DNA of 64,000 nucleotides from Rhynchopus sp. YZ270_cl-10. Lineage: Eukaryota. Both the position numbers and the translations under genes were made by a program. Below the pieces are notes generated by a model, which was given only the letters and a program-made list of their open reading frames with translations, searched no databases and was not told the DNA's origin. Numbering within the stretch: the stretch's first letter is position 1; every line of letters begins with the position of its first letter. Below, in pieces: positions 22,893 through 35,404 of the stretch. Location: contig OZ037835.1 in assembly GCA_964035575.1 (NCBI GenBank), positions 1,240,001 to 1,304,000 of the forward strand, in the 5' to 3' direction.

Positions 22893-25800
22893 ATGGTTGG
22901 CACAGGATTCGCTTCTTCGTGCGACGTTGGTGAAGGAGACGTTTTCTTCAAAACGGCCTCCCCAACAAGGGGTCAGCATCGTCCGCGTTCTACGGGCTGT
23001 ATGCTGTTGGGGGTACTGGGTAAGGGTGGTGGTGTTAGACGAAAGGTACGGCGAGGAGAGCGACGAGGGGTACGGCGAGGGGTGCGTCGAGGGGTACGAC
23101 AAGGGACGTGTCGAAGGGTGCGACGTGGGGCGTTCTTGGGTAGGGGGTCACTGCTGACATGTGGGGACGTAGAGGAGCATCCGGGTCCGTCGACCATGTC
23201 GCTTGGCACGGCAAACGTGACGTCTCTGAGGGCACACCCTGCGGTGGGGGAGTGGGATGTGGACGTTTGTGCTCTGCAGGAGGTGCGGCTCACAGAAGAA
23301 GAGATGAAGGGGGCAGCAAACGACGTAAAGGGGTATGGTGCCAAGCAGCTTCTCTTTGGTGCCCCTTGCAGACGAAGCCAGGGTTCAGACCCTCTGCGCA
23401 CGCGCACGCAGAATGGTGGAGTTGCGATCATGACGTGCGCTGACATACCGACCAGAGCAGTACCGCCACAATGTGCCCAACAAGCGTGGAACGAATGCCG
23501 CTTTACGCATGCGCAGGTGGCATATGGGAGCGGGGGACGCAACATCTCTGTGTTCTCGTTTTATGGTGTGTGTGCTGACAGCGACCGCACGGAACAGCTC
23601 CTAACAGACATTTTTGAAGAAGCAGCCAGCCTTGGGGACATACCGGTGTTCATTGCCGGAGACTTCAACGTAGAGGCTAACGAAAGTCTGGCCATTCGTG
23701 CGGCCATCTCCTCCGGCAAATGGGTTGATGCGGCAGATACCTACGCACAGCAGTTGGGTAAGGCAGCAGAGAACACATGCTACACCTCCACATCGTCTGG
23801 CAGACGTATCGACTTGGTGCTGGCGAACCACGTGGCTGCCCCTGCGATCTCCAAAGTGGTGGTCTGGAAAGAGAGCTGCCTCCCGGTACACAGACCGGTG
23901 GTGTTGACGTTAGACCTGACGCGGTACGAGCAGAAGGCACCGCAGGCACGCCCTCCCCTTTCTTTGATCGGCGACGACTGGACGAAATGGCCGGCAAAGA
24001 AGGAGAAGGAACTTGCAGCGAAGGTGATGCAGGAGAACGCTGCCCCTGAAGCTGACCTGACGAAGATGTCGGTTGAAGATCGCTGGGCACGCTTCTGCAA
24101 GATTGCGGAGGACTACCTGCTGAAGAGAGGTGCTGCAGACTCAGACCCGAAGCAACAACGCCACAGGGGGAGAGGGGAGGTGCAACCCGACGTTCTCCGA
24201 CATCGGACGGCCCGCATGGACTGCGACACGCCGGATGCTGTGAACCTGGAGCTCAACTGCAGAAGACATGTCGTCAGATGGAGCAGCTCATTGGTGATCG
24301 GAGGAAGCGCTTCGGTCAGCCATCTGCAGAATCGTTGAACGAACGGCAGCTGTGGGCGAAAATCCGCAAGAAGAAGCATCTACTGAAGAATGACACCTGG
24401 GACCTCGACCTTCCTGGGATAGAGGCGTTGTGTGGGCTCCTTGGCTGCCTGAAGAAGAGGGGTTTTGTCCTGCTGGAGCAACGGCGACGGGCCCGCATCA
24501 AGGAATGGCGCCGCACTATGAAGGAACACATGAAGGAGAACCCAGCGAAGGTGTTCTCGTTCCTGCGGAAGGCTACGTCGTCACACACCACGTTCCTGAA
24601 ACGGGAGGACGGCACGGTTACAGCTAACCTCCAGGAGATGGATGAACTGCTCATGGATGACCGTGCTTGGGGTGGGGTGTTCCGGATGTACGACGATTCC
24701 GAAGAACCTGCGTGGACGACGTTCTTTGATAGGTTCAAGGAACACATTCCTGAAGGGACCCCTTGTGTATGCGAACCCCTGACCGCCGACGACCTCCGTA
24801 CGACCATCGGCAAGATGAAGCGGAAAAAGGCGGCAGGCCTCGATGGGTGGAGGGTGGAGGAGCTGAAGGAACTGCCTTTGACACTGCTGGAGGAACTCGC
24901 GCGCTGCCTGAACCTGATCGAGGATACTGGGAACTGGCCCAGGGTGATTGCGAGGGCGTTGGTGGTGCTCATCCCCAAAGGAGAAGGCGAGGAGCCCCTG
25001 AAGCAGCGACCCATAACCATCACCAGTGTGATGTACAGGTTATGGGCGGCGACTCGACTCCGCAAAGTGGCGACGTGGCAGGAATCCTGGATTCACGAGC
25101 GGCAACACGGCTTCCGGAACAAACACGGAACCGAAGACCTGCTGTGGTTTCTCTGTGCGAAGATGGAGGAGGCTCTGATAGACGACACACCTGTCTATCT
25201 AGCCTCCTTCGACTATCAGAAGTGCTTTGACCGTGTTCCCCAAGAGATCATGTTCCAGCTCGTCGAACGGTTGGGTCTTCCCGACAACATGATGCGCCCC
25301 ATCCGGGGTATATACAAGAAGCTGGGGAGGCGTTTCAAACTTCCGGCAGGTCTTGGCAAAGAATGGTTTGCGACGAATGGTATCCTCCAAGGATGCCCAC
25401 TGAGCGTAATCTTCCTGAATGCGCTGGTGGCGGTGTGGATGAACGGGGTGGAGAAGGAAACGGGCACGCAGGGGCTGGCGTATGCTGACGACACCAACCT
25501 CCTGACGAAGACCCTCGACCAGCTGCGAGCGGGTGTCGCCTTCACCGGACACTTTGCAGACTTGACGGGACAACGCGTCCACGCGGGGAAGAGCACGTGG
25601 CAGAGCAACCGTCCTGATGAAGAGGAAACTGTGCAGATGAACGGCGCGGATCTTACTCGCGTCGAGAAGTCGGAGTGCCTGGGGGCGACGGTGCAGGCCC
25701 GACAGGCTGGGACGCCCACGCTCCCGACGAAGTTGGAAGACACCATCGACGCATGTGGACCGCTAGCAGGTAAGGTGGGATGTCTCCCGCTGACTCAAGG

Positions 25801-27916
25801 TGAGAAAGCAGGCATCATGCAGGCTGCAGTGATGTCGAAATCTGTGTACGGTATCACGGTGCAGGACCCACCTGGGAAATACGTGAACAGTCTTGCAACT
25901 GCAGTGGAGAAAGGGGTCCACGGCGTGAACAAGATGAACCGAAGAAGCGTACCGGTCATGCTGAATGTCTTCGAGAAAGGCCATCTGCTCGACCCCTCGG
26001 TGGCATTCGACTACAGAAGGATCATGACGTGGGCGGCGATGATACGCAAATCGGATGAGATCTGTTTGCTGGTCGAAAAGTGCAGGTCACGTGCGAAAGC
26101 GAAGCAGGCGAAGACTGGAGGACCCATCGGGTTGATTGCGCGAGCCCTCAGCCGCCTTGCGTGGTCATGGATAGACACGACAAAAGTGAAAACGCACGAT
26201 GGGAGCATCGTTGATGTGAAGACGGTAAGCTTGGGTAGACTGGGCCACGTTGTGCGAGAACGGATGTTCTTCATTCGACTCTCCCGTACGAAGACGACTG
26301 CGAAGGTCAATGGCAAAGGCAGAGCTAACCTGAAGGGTATTGAAGCGGGGGTGGATAAGGAGAAAACCCTTGCTCTCACCCGAAGCAAAACTTTGACGGA
26401 TTACGAGGCGGGGACGCTACGACACATTGTAGCTGACGGTGCGATAACGGGGGTGCGACTTGCGAGAGCGCGCATACGGGACTCGGCCATCTGCGTTCAC
26501 TGCGAAGCGGGGGTGGACGAAAACCATAAACACTTGTGGTGGGAATGTGAAGCATGGAGTAGCATTCGTGCGGAGTACCCCTTGCTGTTGGACATTGACA
26601 GAACGACCTGGCCAAACTGTCTCGCTATCTGTGGCATGTGCACACCGGACACACCTTTGGACTGCGCCCGTGTTGCAGACCTGCAGAAGATGATGGTGCG
26701 CATCCTCATCGCACGCTCCAAGTGGAGCAGACCGGAAGCGGCGAACCCGCGACTGCAAGAAGACCGATACCCGTGGACGTGGGCGCCGGAGTTGGACACG
26801 ACGACGCAACACGCGAACAGTTTGGTGGACTACACCCCCCTGAAAAGGAGGTGGCCGTATGGACGTGCTCTGCTGCTGGCGTTTGCCTCCTGGCTGGGTG
26901 GTTTACAGTGGAGCGACGAAGCTGGACGTGAAGTCTCCCACATGGAGCTGCTCATCGACTTCGAGGTTGCCACAGGGATGGACATCCGACCTGGGGACAA
27001 GACCGGCAGAATAGCGCCGAAGCTGAAGCAGCCGAGGGTTGGGACTGGGGAAGAAGACAACAATGGGGGGGAAGACGACGGGAGTGGGGAAGACGACGAT
27101 GATGACGACGTGGTGCCAGTAGCGCTGGCCCACAGAGAAATGGCGAAGACGACCACCTTTGGGCATATGTTGGCTTCACTCAGAACCTTTTCGGAGAGCT
27201 CTCTCCATCCGGGGAAGGTGAAGGTAACGCATGTTCTCGCTTCGTTTGGGGCGAACGCCATCACAGGCATCGACCGCCGTCCTATTTTTGCCGGCGGAGA
27301 AGAGACGTTGAAGGCATTGCGTGCGCTATACGATGCTGGTGTGGCGTACCGTCTGCAACGCAGCTCCGAAGGCATGTCTGAGGTGGAGCTCCGTGGTGGC
27401 GATAGAGCGAGAGGTACATGGATGGGGGAGTATTCTGCTGAGACGGCGTACCCCTCCACAGAAGTTAGGGGCAGGAGGGCACTACCATTCATCCAGCGGG
27501 CTGAACAGGAGACATCTGCGCATGCTCGCTACCGACACCATGAGCACGTGCGTCCAGGGGACGCACCCGTGAAGGCACCTGAAGGAGCGGTTCCGATCTT
27601 CCAGTTTGCGATATGTGTGCTGCACCGGAAGACGAAGTGTGATGCCTGCTCGAAGAACGCCCAGGCAGACCTGATGCATTGCTGCTTTGCGCACCACTCC
27701 GACGACGACGGGTTACCGATCCGACACGAAGCATGCACTAAGCATAGACTCTCGAGGTGCGGGAACTGTGTGCAAGAGAAGAGTACGCTGGATCACTGCT
27801 GCCGCCGCCACCACGACACCTCGAAGGGGCGACAGACGACGCTGGGAGGCTTCTTCAAGAAGAAGCAGACGAAGCAGAAGGATGGGCACAGCAGGGGCGG
27901 TGATGGACTTATGTAA
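22893..27916 (+). CDS. LINE ORF2: 2A-like peptide, AP endonuclease, reverse transcriptase, CCHC finger, C-terminal Cys/His domain; one frameshift near 24250
   Basis: APE motifs TANV, ALQEV, AGDFN, RIDLVL, PVHRPV. RT motifs KAAGLDG, QHGFR, DYQKCFD, GILQGCPLS, YADD. Zinc finger CVHC..ENHKHLWWEC. Confidence 0.9.
23139..23189 (+). other. 2A-like (StopGo) peptide GRGSLLTCGDVEEHPGP
   Basis: Differs from T2A GRGSLLTCGDVEENPGP only by N>H; lies immediately before the APE domain. Confidence 0.9.
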
Positions 27917-28069
27917 CATCACCTCCACGATGTATTGTATCACCTATCTCGGATAGGGGTGCATGCATCGAAAACGGACCCCCACCTCACGAAGACGCAG
28001 AAGTACCAAGCCATTGCAGAGCTTCATGCGTTGGGTGAGACAGACCTGACCGCCAAGAGGTTGGAGAGT

Positions 28070-28671
28070 CCCGACGGCGGACCGCCCCCCATAGCACATT
28101 TTTGCGGTGCACGGGCGTACGGGATTAGTATCTTTTTTTTGAGAGAACCCAAGAGCGGCCAGGTCCTGGACAAGTACATTGTGCTTTTAGACCTACAAAC
28201 TGTCTGGGGTGGTGGGACCTCGGGGCGAAGGGTGCTTCCCGGGACCCCAATATCCTACCACAAGGAGCTCGAGTCGTGCATGGAATGCAGGGTACTCTGA
28301 GCCGATCACTTCCACAACTCCCAGATCCCAAGACCTCCACGGGGGGCAGGCCTCCACGGCAACCCGCGACCGCCGACACCTTAGCTCCGTACTGCCTCTG
28401 TCTGTAACCTGCCGGTCCCCCACCTACCTACGCTTTTTGTGGTGTCTTTTTACGACGGTGGACCAAGGGGCTTTGCAGTGCAGTCAACGCCGACGGAGCG
28501 AGACTCGATTGTGACCGGGTGAAAGGGGAACCTTAGCCAGCGCTAACCAGCGGCAGTTTTGACTCAGGGAGGAGTTTCTCACCGCAGACTGGCGACACAC
28601 CCCCACTTTTTCGGGGTGGCTGCATTCCTCTTCGGAACGGGGTGTTCCATCCTATTTTTAAAAACGTTTAT
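28070..28671 (+). mobile_element. Short retroposon family 1, full length (602 bp)
   Basis: 19-bp TSD with 2 mismatches at 28051-28069 and 28672-28690; same site as 4941-5502; 5' end can fold HDV-like. Confidence 0.85.
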
Positions 28672-28863
28672 CGCCGAGAGGTTGAAGAGTGTGGAGGATC
28701 CTGAGGTGGCGTGTTTGCTTCTGCAGGCGGAGGTTGCGACTGTCATTCCGAATGGGTTCTTGTCAAGCACTTCGTTGACGAGACTTGATCTCAGTGCTGA
28801 GTCCATTGTGACTCACATTGGAGACAGCTTCCTGGAAGGCTGCACCTCGTTGACAAGTATCGA

Positions 28864-29465
28864 GGGGACAAAAACGTGAGGTGGCAGCCCCCCGGCATTT
28901 TTGCCCTGGCGTCCCCGGATATAATCTCTTGTTTGAGTGAACGAAGGCCACGCGTGGGATGGTTGCATTGCACTTTTGCAAACCCGGGCACATGATACTG
29001 GAGGGTCCAAAGCAACTGGAGGAGGTGTATGCTGGGCTTTTTGTGCCCTCAGGGATTTAAGCGACCCTGCACCTACTTTACGACCATGCACAGCTTTTGC
29101 TTTTCTTTTCTTTGCTTTTTGTAGGTGCTAACCTGCGGCAGTGGTTTGCATCAGTTGGGTGTTCCACTCACCGCAGTTTAGAGAATTAGGAGATGCCAGT
29201 CATTCGTTCCTCCCATTGGAATGACTGGTGGTTTTATTGTTGTTTATTTCTTTTGACGCTGCCAGAGTGCGGACCTTGAACTGGCTTATATACTAACCTA
29301 GGCCACCAGCGGTGGTATACGGCCCCTGTTCACTTAGGTGTCGCTTCTTTGTTGGGTATAAGTCAGCAAATGGGATCAAGCCACTCTCTGGCACACCGTG
29401 ATGCCATCCTTCCCTTTTGCTGGTTTTTCTTTTTGCGGGGGTGGATCACGTTTTTCAAGTTTATT
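28864..29465 (+). mobile_element. Short retroposon family 2 (602 bp)
   Basis: Perfect 18-bp TSD CTCGTTGACAAGTATCGA at 28846-28863 and 29466-29483; non-coding; 5' end can fold HDV-like. Confidence 0.85.
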
Positions 29466-31995
29466 CTCGTTGACAAGTATCGACCTCTCTGGGTTGAGAA
29501 ATGTGACGCAGGTTGGTGCGTGGTTCCTTCACACCTGCATCAACTTAACGACCCTGGATTTATCTGCACTCAGCAATGTGACGCAGGTTGGTCAAGGCTT
29601 TCTTTTCGGATGCAAGAGCTTGACAACCCTAGATATATCTCCACTCAGAGATGTGACGCAGGTTGGTGCGGGTTTCCTTTGGATCTGCAGCAGCCTAACA
29701 ACCCTGGATTTATCTCCACTCAGCAACGTGACGTATATTAGTAGCGCTTTTGGAGGTACGCATTTTGCTGCGGACTGCACTTCGTTGACGAGCATTTACC
29801 TTTCCGGCTGCAGCAGCGTTGTGTCCAACGAAGTGAGGAAGGGCGATCTGAGGAAGCTTGTGGTTGAAGCACGTCCGAAACGAAGCAGAGACGAATCCCC
29901 CGAGCAAAGCCAGAAGCGACGGAGACACGCACAATGACGACGTGGTGTGTTGGTGGGAGGGCAGCACCTCCCCGAGGTGGAGGGTCTCTGGCAGTATGTC
30001 TGCTGCGTCCTCTGGTTCGGAGAAGAAGAGGGGCACAGTCTTGCTCACCGTGGCACAGACTACTACTTGGTGCGAGAGGAGAGCTGTGCTGAGCAAGACG
30101 TTCCACACATTGTGTTATGTTACGCGGTGCTGCAAAATAATTCCCACAACTCATGTCTTATTCATTACAACGTACCTCCCCACCCAATCCCCCTTTTTTC
30201 TGCAATTCATCACTCTGAACTCGTTGACACCACGTGGTCGTTCACTGTCTTCTTGGTAGCTTGCACGAAGAGGTGTGAGGTGTGAGGGGAGGCGAGTGGC
30301 TTCCGTTGTGTGCTCTGATGTACTGATTGCGTGCTTTCACTTGATGGTGTGACTGGGGGGACTCAGGGGGGAGGACGCGCTTTGCTGAGCTTGGGGGGCT
30401 TGTGTGGAAACCTTTTGCAGTGAACGGCTGTCCTTGGGTGGGAGGTGGAGGTGCACAGTGTTGTGAATGTGGATGGGTGTGGGTGTGGCGCTTCCCTTCA
30501 TCGTTTGTGGTGATGATGGGAGGGGAAGCTGTGGCCGGCCGTGGGGTGCTTTCGTGCAATTTGTCTGGCACCTCAGCTTGTCTGTGGTTGCAGCACGAGA
30601 GCACCTTTGGCGTTCTTCCTTGCGTGGGGTGGGTGGAGACAGCGGAGTGTCCCATGGGAGGCACTGCATCTTGCAGCAGGGCTGGGATGGCGGCACTCAG
30701 GTGCGTGATGGGGTTGGGTTTTGAAGTGATGGGGTAGGGGGAAGTGGACAACACTGTGTGATGTGAAGGCTGCGCTTAATACAAGCAGGCCTGTACAGCA
30801 GCACAGTTTTCATGGGTGCAAAAAGGTAGTAGGATTGGTTGGGTTGGGTTTGCCTGCAAGTGGGTGGGATGGTTTTGTGGCGATGATGGCTTTGTGGTTT
30901 GTGTCTGCTGCAGTGCATCTTTCATGGGTGCTAGCATCATATTGGTTGTAGTCTTGGCGTTGGGATGGTTTTACAACCCTGTGCAAGGTGGTGAACGTTG
31001 CACAGACCTGTGCAGCATGCAAGGAACCTAGCGCCTTGATGATATCACCACAGTGTTCCTTCAAAACTCCACACAACGCTTTTGGTTTTTGGGAGACACA
31101 CAAGGTGCGAGGTTCTATGATATGCACGGAACCACTCTGCACCCTAGTTATAATACATGGAGAAACGTTTCGCACCCGAAACTGGGGCTGCACTTCATTT
31201 GCACTTTTTGTGTACTTTATGTACGTAATACAGTGGTGTGTGAAATAGGACGTGCCATGCCAAAATAAAAAGGGGTAAAACGTACAGAGGGAACCCTGTT
31301 CAGGGGAAGGGGAGAAACATTATTTTGGTGTACGAATTGCAGGGAATTCGGTTGGGGGTGGGCAACAAAAAGCCAACAGACACTATAGGTGTCGGGTACA
31401 ACAAAGTCGGGACACAGTAGGGAGGGGTGTGGGCAAGGGTAGATGGCCACTCTCAAAACAGCTGTCAGGGATGGGATGGGAAGGAGGGGGGTCGCTTCGC
31501 TCAGGTAGTGTTGTGCCACCATTTCTTATGCAACTTTCAACCGGGTTCACATCGCAGTTGGAAAGGTTGGTGGGGTAGGATGCAATTGTAAAGGCAAACG
31601 CATTCTGCATCCTTTGTATGGCAGAGTCCTGCTCGTAGTCCTTCTGAGCATCCAGGGAAGACGAGGTCCCCTCCCAACTTTCTTCGTCGCTGAATTTGGT
31701 TGATTCGCAACACTTCATGACTTTCCATTTTAAAAAAAAACATTGGAAAAATAAAGCCAATGCAGGTGAAGCCCCCCAGCGTCTTCACAGCCCATCTCGC
31801 CTTTTTGGCGTAGACACGTTATGCAGAAGAACCCAGGTGGCAACCGCATGCCTACTGCACGTATGGTCGCAGGTTGAAGTGGGATGCGTTGTGCTGTGTG
31901 CTTCATGGGGGGACAGGGAGCAGGCCTCTGGGTAATTTTTCGGCCGATGTTGGCCTTGGGGGGTGGGTGGTACCCCCCCCCCCCCCCCCCCCCCC

Positions 31996-34900
31996 CACGA
32001 CGGACTAGTTATGACCATGACAGGTGATCTTACTAGTAAAATGACAGGTGAAAATTTTTGACAGGTGGTACCTGTCATTTTGACAGGTACCACCTGTCAA
32101 AATACAGGCACCAGGTACCCAGGTGCCCAGGTACCCAGGTACCCAGGTACCCAGGTACCCAGGTACCCAGGTACCCAGTTACCCCCAATGACATAACGAA
32201 GTATCGCTTGAAAGTACCGTTCAATAACCTTTCTTGGGTGTGCATGAAGTAGGACACAAGGTATATCAAACGATAAATCAATCAGATAAACGTTACATCA
32301 TCGGAAAATTGTTGGCACCGCCGCCCTGTCTTCGTATTTATTACGTCGACAGGCCAAACAGCGTTGGGCTCAGAAGAAGCAGTGCAAAACACTGGGGATC
32401 AACATGAGAACCAACTCCCAACAACACAGGCTACCAAAGTAGCAGGTGGGGTGTTGCGGGTGTTTGGGGTGAAAGAAAATCGATTTTGGTAAGTTCCAGC
32501 AGAAAATTCTTAAGTTTGCACTAGTCGAGAGAGGCTTACCCGCTGCAGTGAAGCAGTGCACCCATTTAAGGATGGAGAAGCGTGACACGCACATACAAGT
32601 ATGTACGTTACTTCAACAAAGGCTGAATTCTGGTAATTCTAAGGGATGTGAATTCAGCCACCACGCAGGTAGTGTTTTAAGGTTCCTCGCTTTGTTCTGC
32701 ACAGCGGGCTTATGATACAAAGGAGTTGCCCCCGCTCTCTTTCGCGCAAACTTAAGAAAATTCTGAAGTAACTACAACCTGGCGTGCGGGTACAGATGCA
32801 TTGCTTTGTTCTTTCCTCAAAGTCATGTGTGATCTCTCGGGTCTGTACTAAAGTCAGTGTTTAGATAAGCATCCACTTGACTCGTTCTAACAACCGTTGA
32901 AATCTAGAACAAAACAACACACTGCCCCTTCTCACACCAAGCCGCCATGCTTCAAGAGCATGCCCTGGGCAAAAATTACTGTGACAAAAATTGGTTTCTG
33001 GGGGAACGCAATATTTTCTTGTGCCTAGTCCTCCGCAAGCAGAGGACAGACTTTCCGGATCCCGAAGTCGAATTTCTTGCACTAGCTATGCTCCCTGGGT
33101 TAAATGGCTATAGCAGTGACTGACTAAGAGTTTCATAATAATTGGGGTGGTCTCGGTCGCCACCTGATTTTGAAATATTTGCACCAGCTCGTCCGTCGGC
33201 ACTGCTTCGCTGTCACAATGAAGGGTCGTCGGTTCGGGTACCTGTTAAGAGAAATTGAGGACAAAAGTGACGTTACTAACAAAAAAAAAGAAGTTGAGTC
33301 AATGACTTGAAATACAAAACCCTCTCGTGAACAGTGTACCTTGGTACATGACCGGCTGTACCGGGGCGGACACCCAACAAGAGATAGATAGAGGAGCACA
33401 AATCTTGGTAGTCGCTAATTTGGGCGGGAAAAAATAGCTTCAATTTACATCCGGAGACGAGACGTACATCCAGAGCGGGACAATGTCGAAAAGGGGGAGC
33501 GGGGGTGGTGAAAACCGGGGGTTAAAAACATACCTCGCACTCGGTCCACTCTCCAGGTACGAGAACATCATTGGACGTACAAACCCACCACTGCGTCAGT
33601 AAATAGCTATTTCCCTCCCTCCCGCCAGGTTCGAGGGAGCACTTGAGGGAGGACAAAAAATGCCTGGTTCGCGCAGGTAGTTTTCTTACGGGAAAAATCT
33701 GGGGGGCCGGGCGGGGCCGTGTTGCTGAGAATAACTCGCACTCTGCCCGGTGTGAACAAGCCCACACCAAAGCAATGGCTGTACAAGTCGATTTTTGCAG
33801 GGGTGGGCGGGCACCCGGGCTTTTTCCATTTTTTTGGATCGGGCACCAGGTTTTTTATAAGGATTTCAGGTGATTTTTGGATTTTTCTGAGAACACGCTG
33901 CCCCCCTGCCGAAACATGTTCTCGTTTTTCCCTTTTGGGGGGATTTTTGGCCTTTTTCGGGTTTTCCGAGCATCTCCGCAAACTTTTACCCTCACTGTAA
34001 CGGGGTCATTTTGAAAAAAATGGACAAGTTCTTGGCTGATACACGTTTTGGTCGAGTTACTTAGCGGGGTTAAATTGAACTACGATTCTGGACCCACTGT
34101 AACGTGAACCGCCCCCTCGAAATTCAAGAAGGGGTCCCAAACCCGGGCGCGCTACGTGCGGCGCCGCAGGCGAAAAAAAATTAGGGTACATTGTAAAAAA
34201 TGCAGCGGGATTTTTGATGAAGAATAGTGATTTTGTGCATAAAAGGTAAATACGTCCCGAGCCCGGCGCGCGTAGCGCGCCGGAAGTTCTGGGCCTCCGG
34301 CGGAGAAACTAGAATTCCTGGCCTAAAAAGGGTCCGAGCTTTCGCACGGTGGTGGGTGGGGTGGATCTTTATGATATTCAAAGAGATGCAGAAGCTCTGC
34401 GGACACCTCCTCACTGAGGTACTCGCGGGATGGTTCTTGGCATGCAAGAGTGCATCAAGGGGTTCGTCGACAACTTGTGAGCGGAGACGTGTCTTCACCA
34501 ACTTCAATCACGAAAATTCCCGCTCATCTTCGCAAGACGAAACAGGGGGTCAGAAGGCGAGTCGCACAAACTCGCATTATCCCGTACTCCTTCTTCAGTT
34601 GCGTCTTCATCTCCTCTCTGCTTGTCCCCGGCTTCGCCGGATCCACCAGGAGCTTCTCCCCACTCCTTGTCATCTCCGAGGTCGGGTTGCAACGGAAGGA
34701 AATAGTCGGCAGATGGCTCGGGCGAGGAGGCTGGGAGGAAGATGAAAGAGGTGGGCGGCCCTTCGGGCCCCACCCCACCTCTTCAATTTTTTTATTTGTA
34801 TTTTTATTTTTTTCCAATGAAGAATTCTTCATCGGATTCTTCAGCGCGGAAAGACTGATTATGGCTTAGTACCGCACTCCCGTGTATTTGGTGCACCCAG

Positions 34901-35398
34901 ATGGTCAAACACCCGATTTTTGCGTTTTTTTTTGCATTTTTTTGCATTTTTTCGCCCAGTATTGAGGACGTGTGGGGGTGAGGACCACCGAGGGCAATTT
35001 TGTGAATTTTTTTGGGGTCAAAAATTGACTTGTCTTTCGTAAATCCCACGAAAAATCGGGTGCGCAAAATCGCGTTATAGACCCCCATAGATGCTCAAAA
35101 GTGTCAAATTTTGCTTTTAATGGCCTCAAATCGTCGAAATTCGCCCTAAAAGGGGGCAAAAAAAAAATTCGAGAGTCCCTTTCCCTGGGAGGCAATAGCC
35201 ACCGGCAAAAACACCTGTCATATGACAGGTACCACCTGTCATTTGACAGGTACCACCTGTCAAAATGACAGGTGCACCTGTCATTTTACAGGTACCACCT
35301 GTCATATTACTAGTAATATTCAATTATCACCTGTCATATTTATAACTAGTAACACCACCTGTCATATCACCTGTCATGGCCATAACTAGTCCGTCGTG
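31996..35398. mobile_element. Non-autonomous DNA transposon with CAC..GTG ends (Transib/CACTA-like ends)
   Basis: 33-bp TIR CACGACGGACTAGTTATG(A/G)CCATGACAGGTGAT; subterminal TGACAGGTG repeats; (CAGGTACC)n at ~32103-32178; inserted in a poly-C run. Confidence 0.85.
34400..34620 (-). pseudogene. hAT transposase C-terminal remnant
   Basis: KLVKTRLRSQVVDEPLDALL matches the end of the hAT dimerisation domain; frameshifted upstream. Confidence 0.5.
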
Positions 35399-35404
35399 CC
35401 CCCC

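Larger units (their letters stand above)
20369..27984 (+). mobile_element. Full-length APE-RT non-LTR retrotransposon (7.6 kb)
   Basis: Perfect 19-bp TSD CCTCACGAAGACGCAGAAG at 20350-20368 and 27985-28003; ORF1 + APE + RT; no poly(A) tail. Confidence 0.95.
20153..29937 (+). pseudogene. Ubl-LRR subfamily A copy interrupted by three retroelement insertions
   Basis: Segments 20153-20368 + 28004-28069 + 28691-28863 + 29484-29937 join into an in-frame ~302-aa protein homologous to 1661-2497. No in-frame canonical splice removing the 7.6-kb LINE was found. Confidence 0.85.

Noticed and set aside
24240..24340. Programmed frameshift between APE and RT
   Set aside because: No slippery heptamer; better explained by a small indel or sequencing error near 24250
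20369..28003. 7.6-kb LINE spliced as a perfect intron
   Set aside because: The TSD has no AG|GT, and the nearby GTGAAA donor gives frameshifts with all three TSD acceptors; non-canonical splicing cannot be excluded
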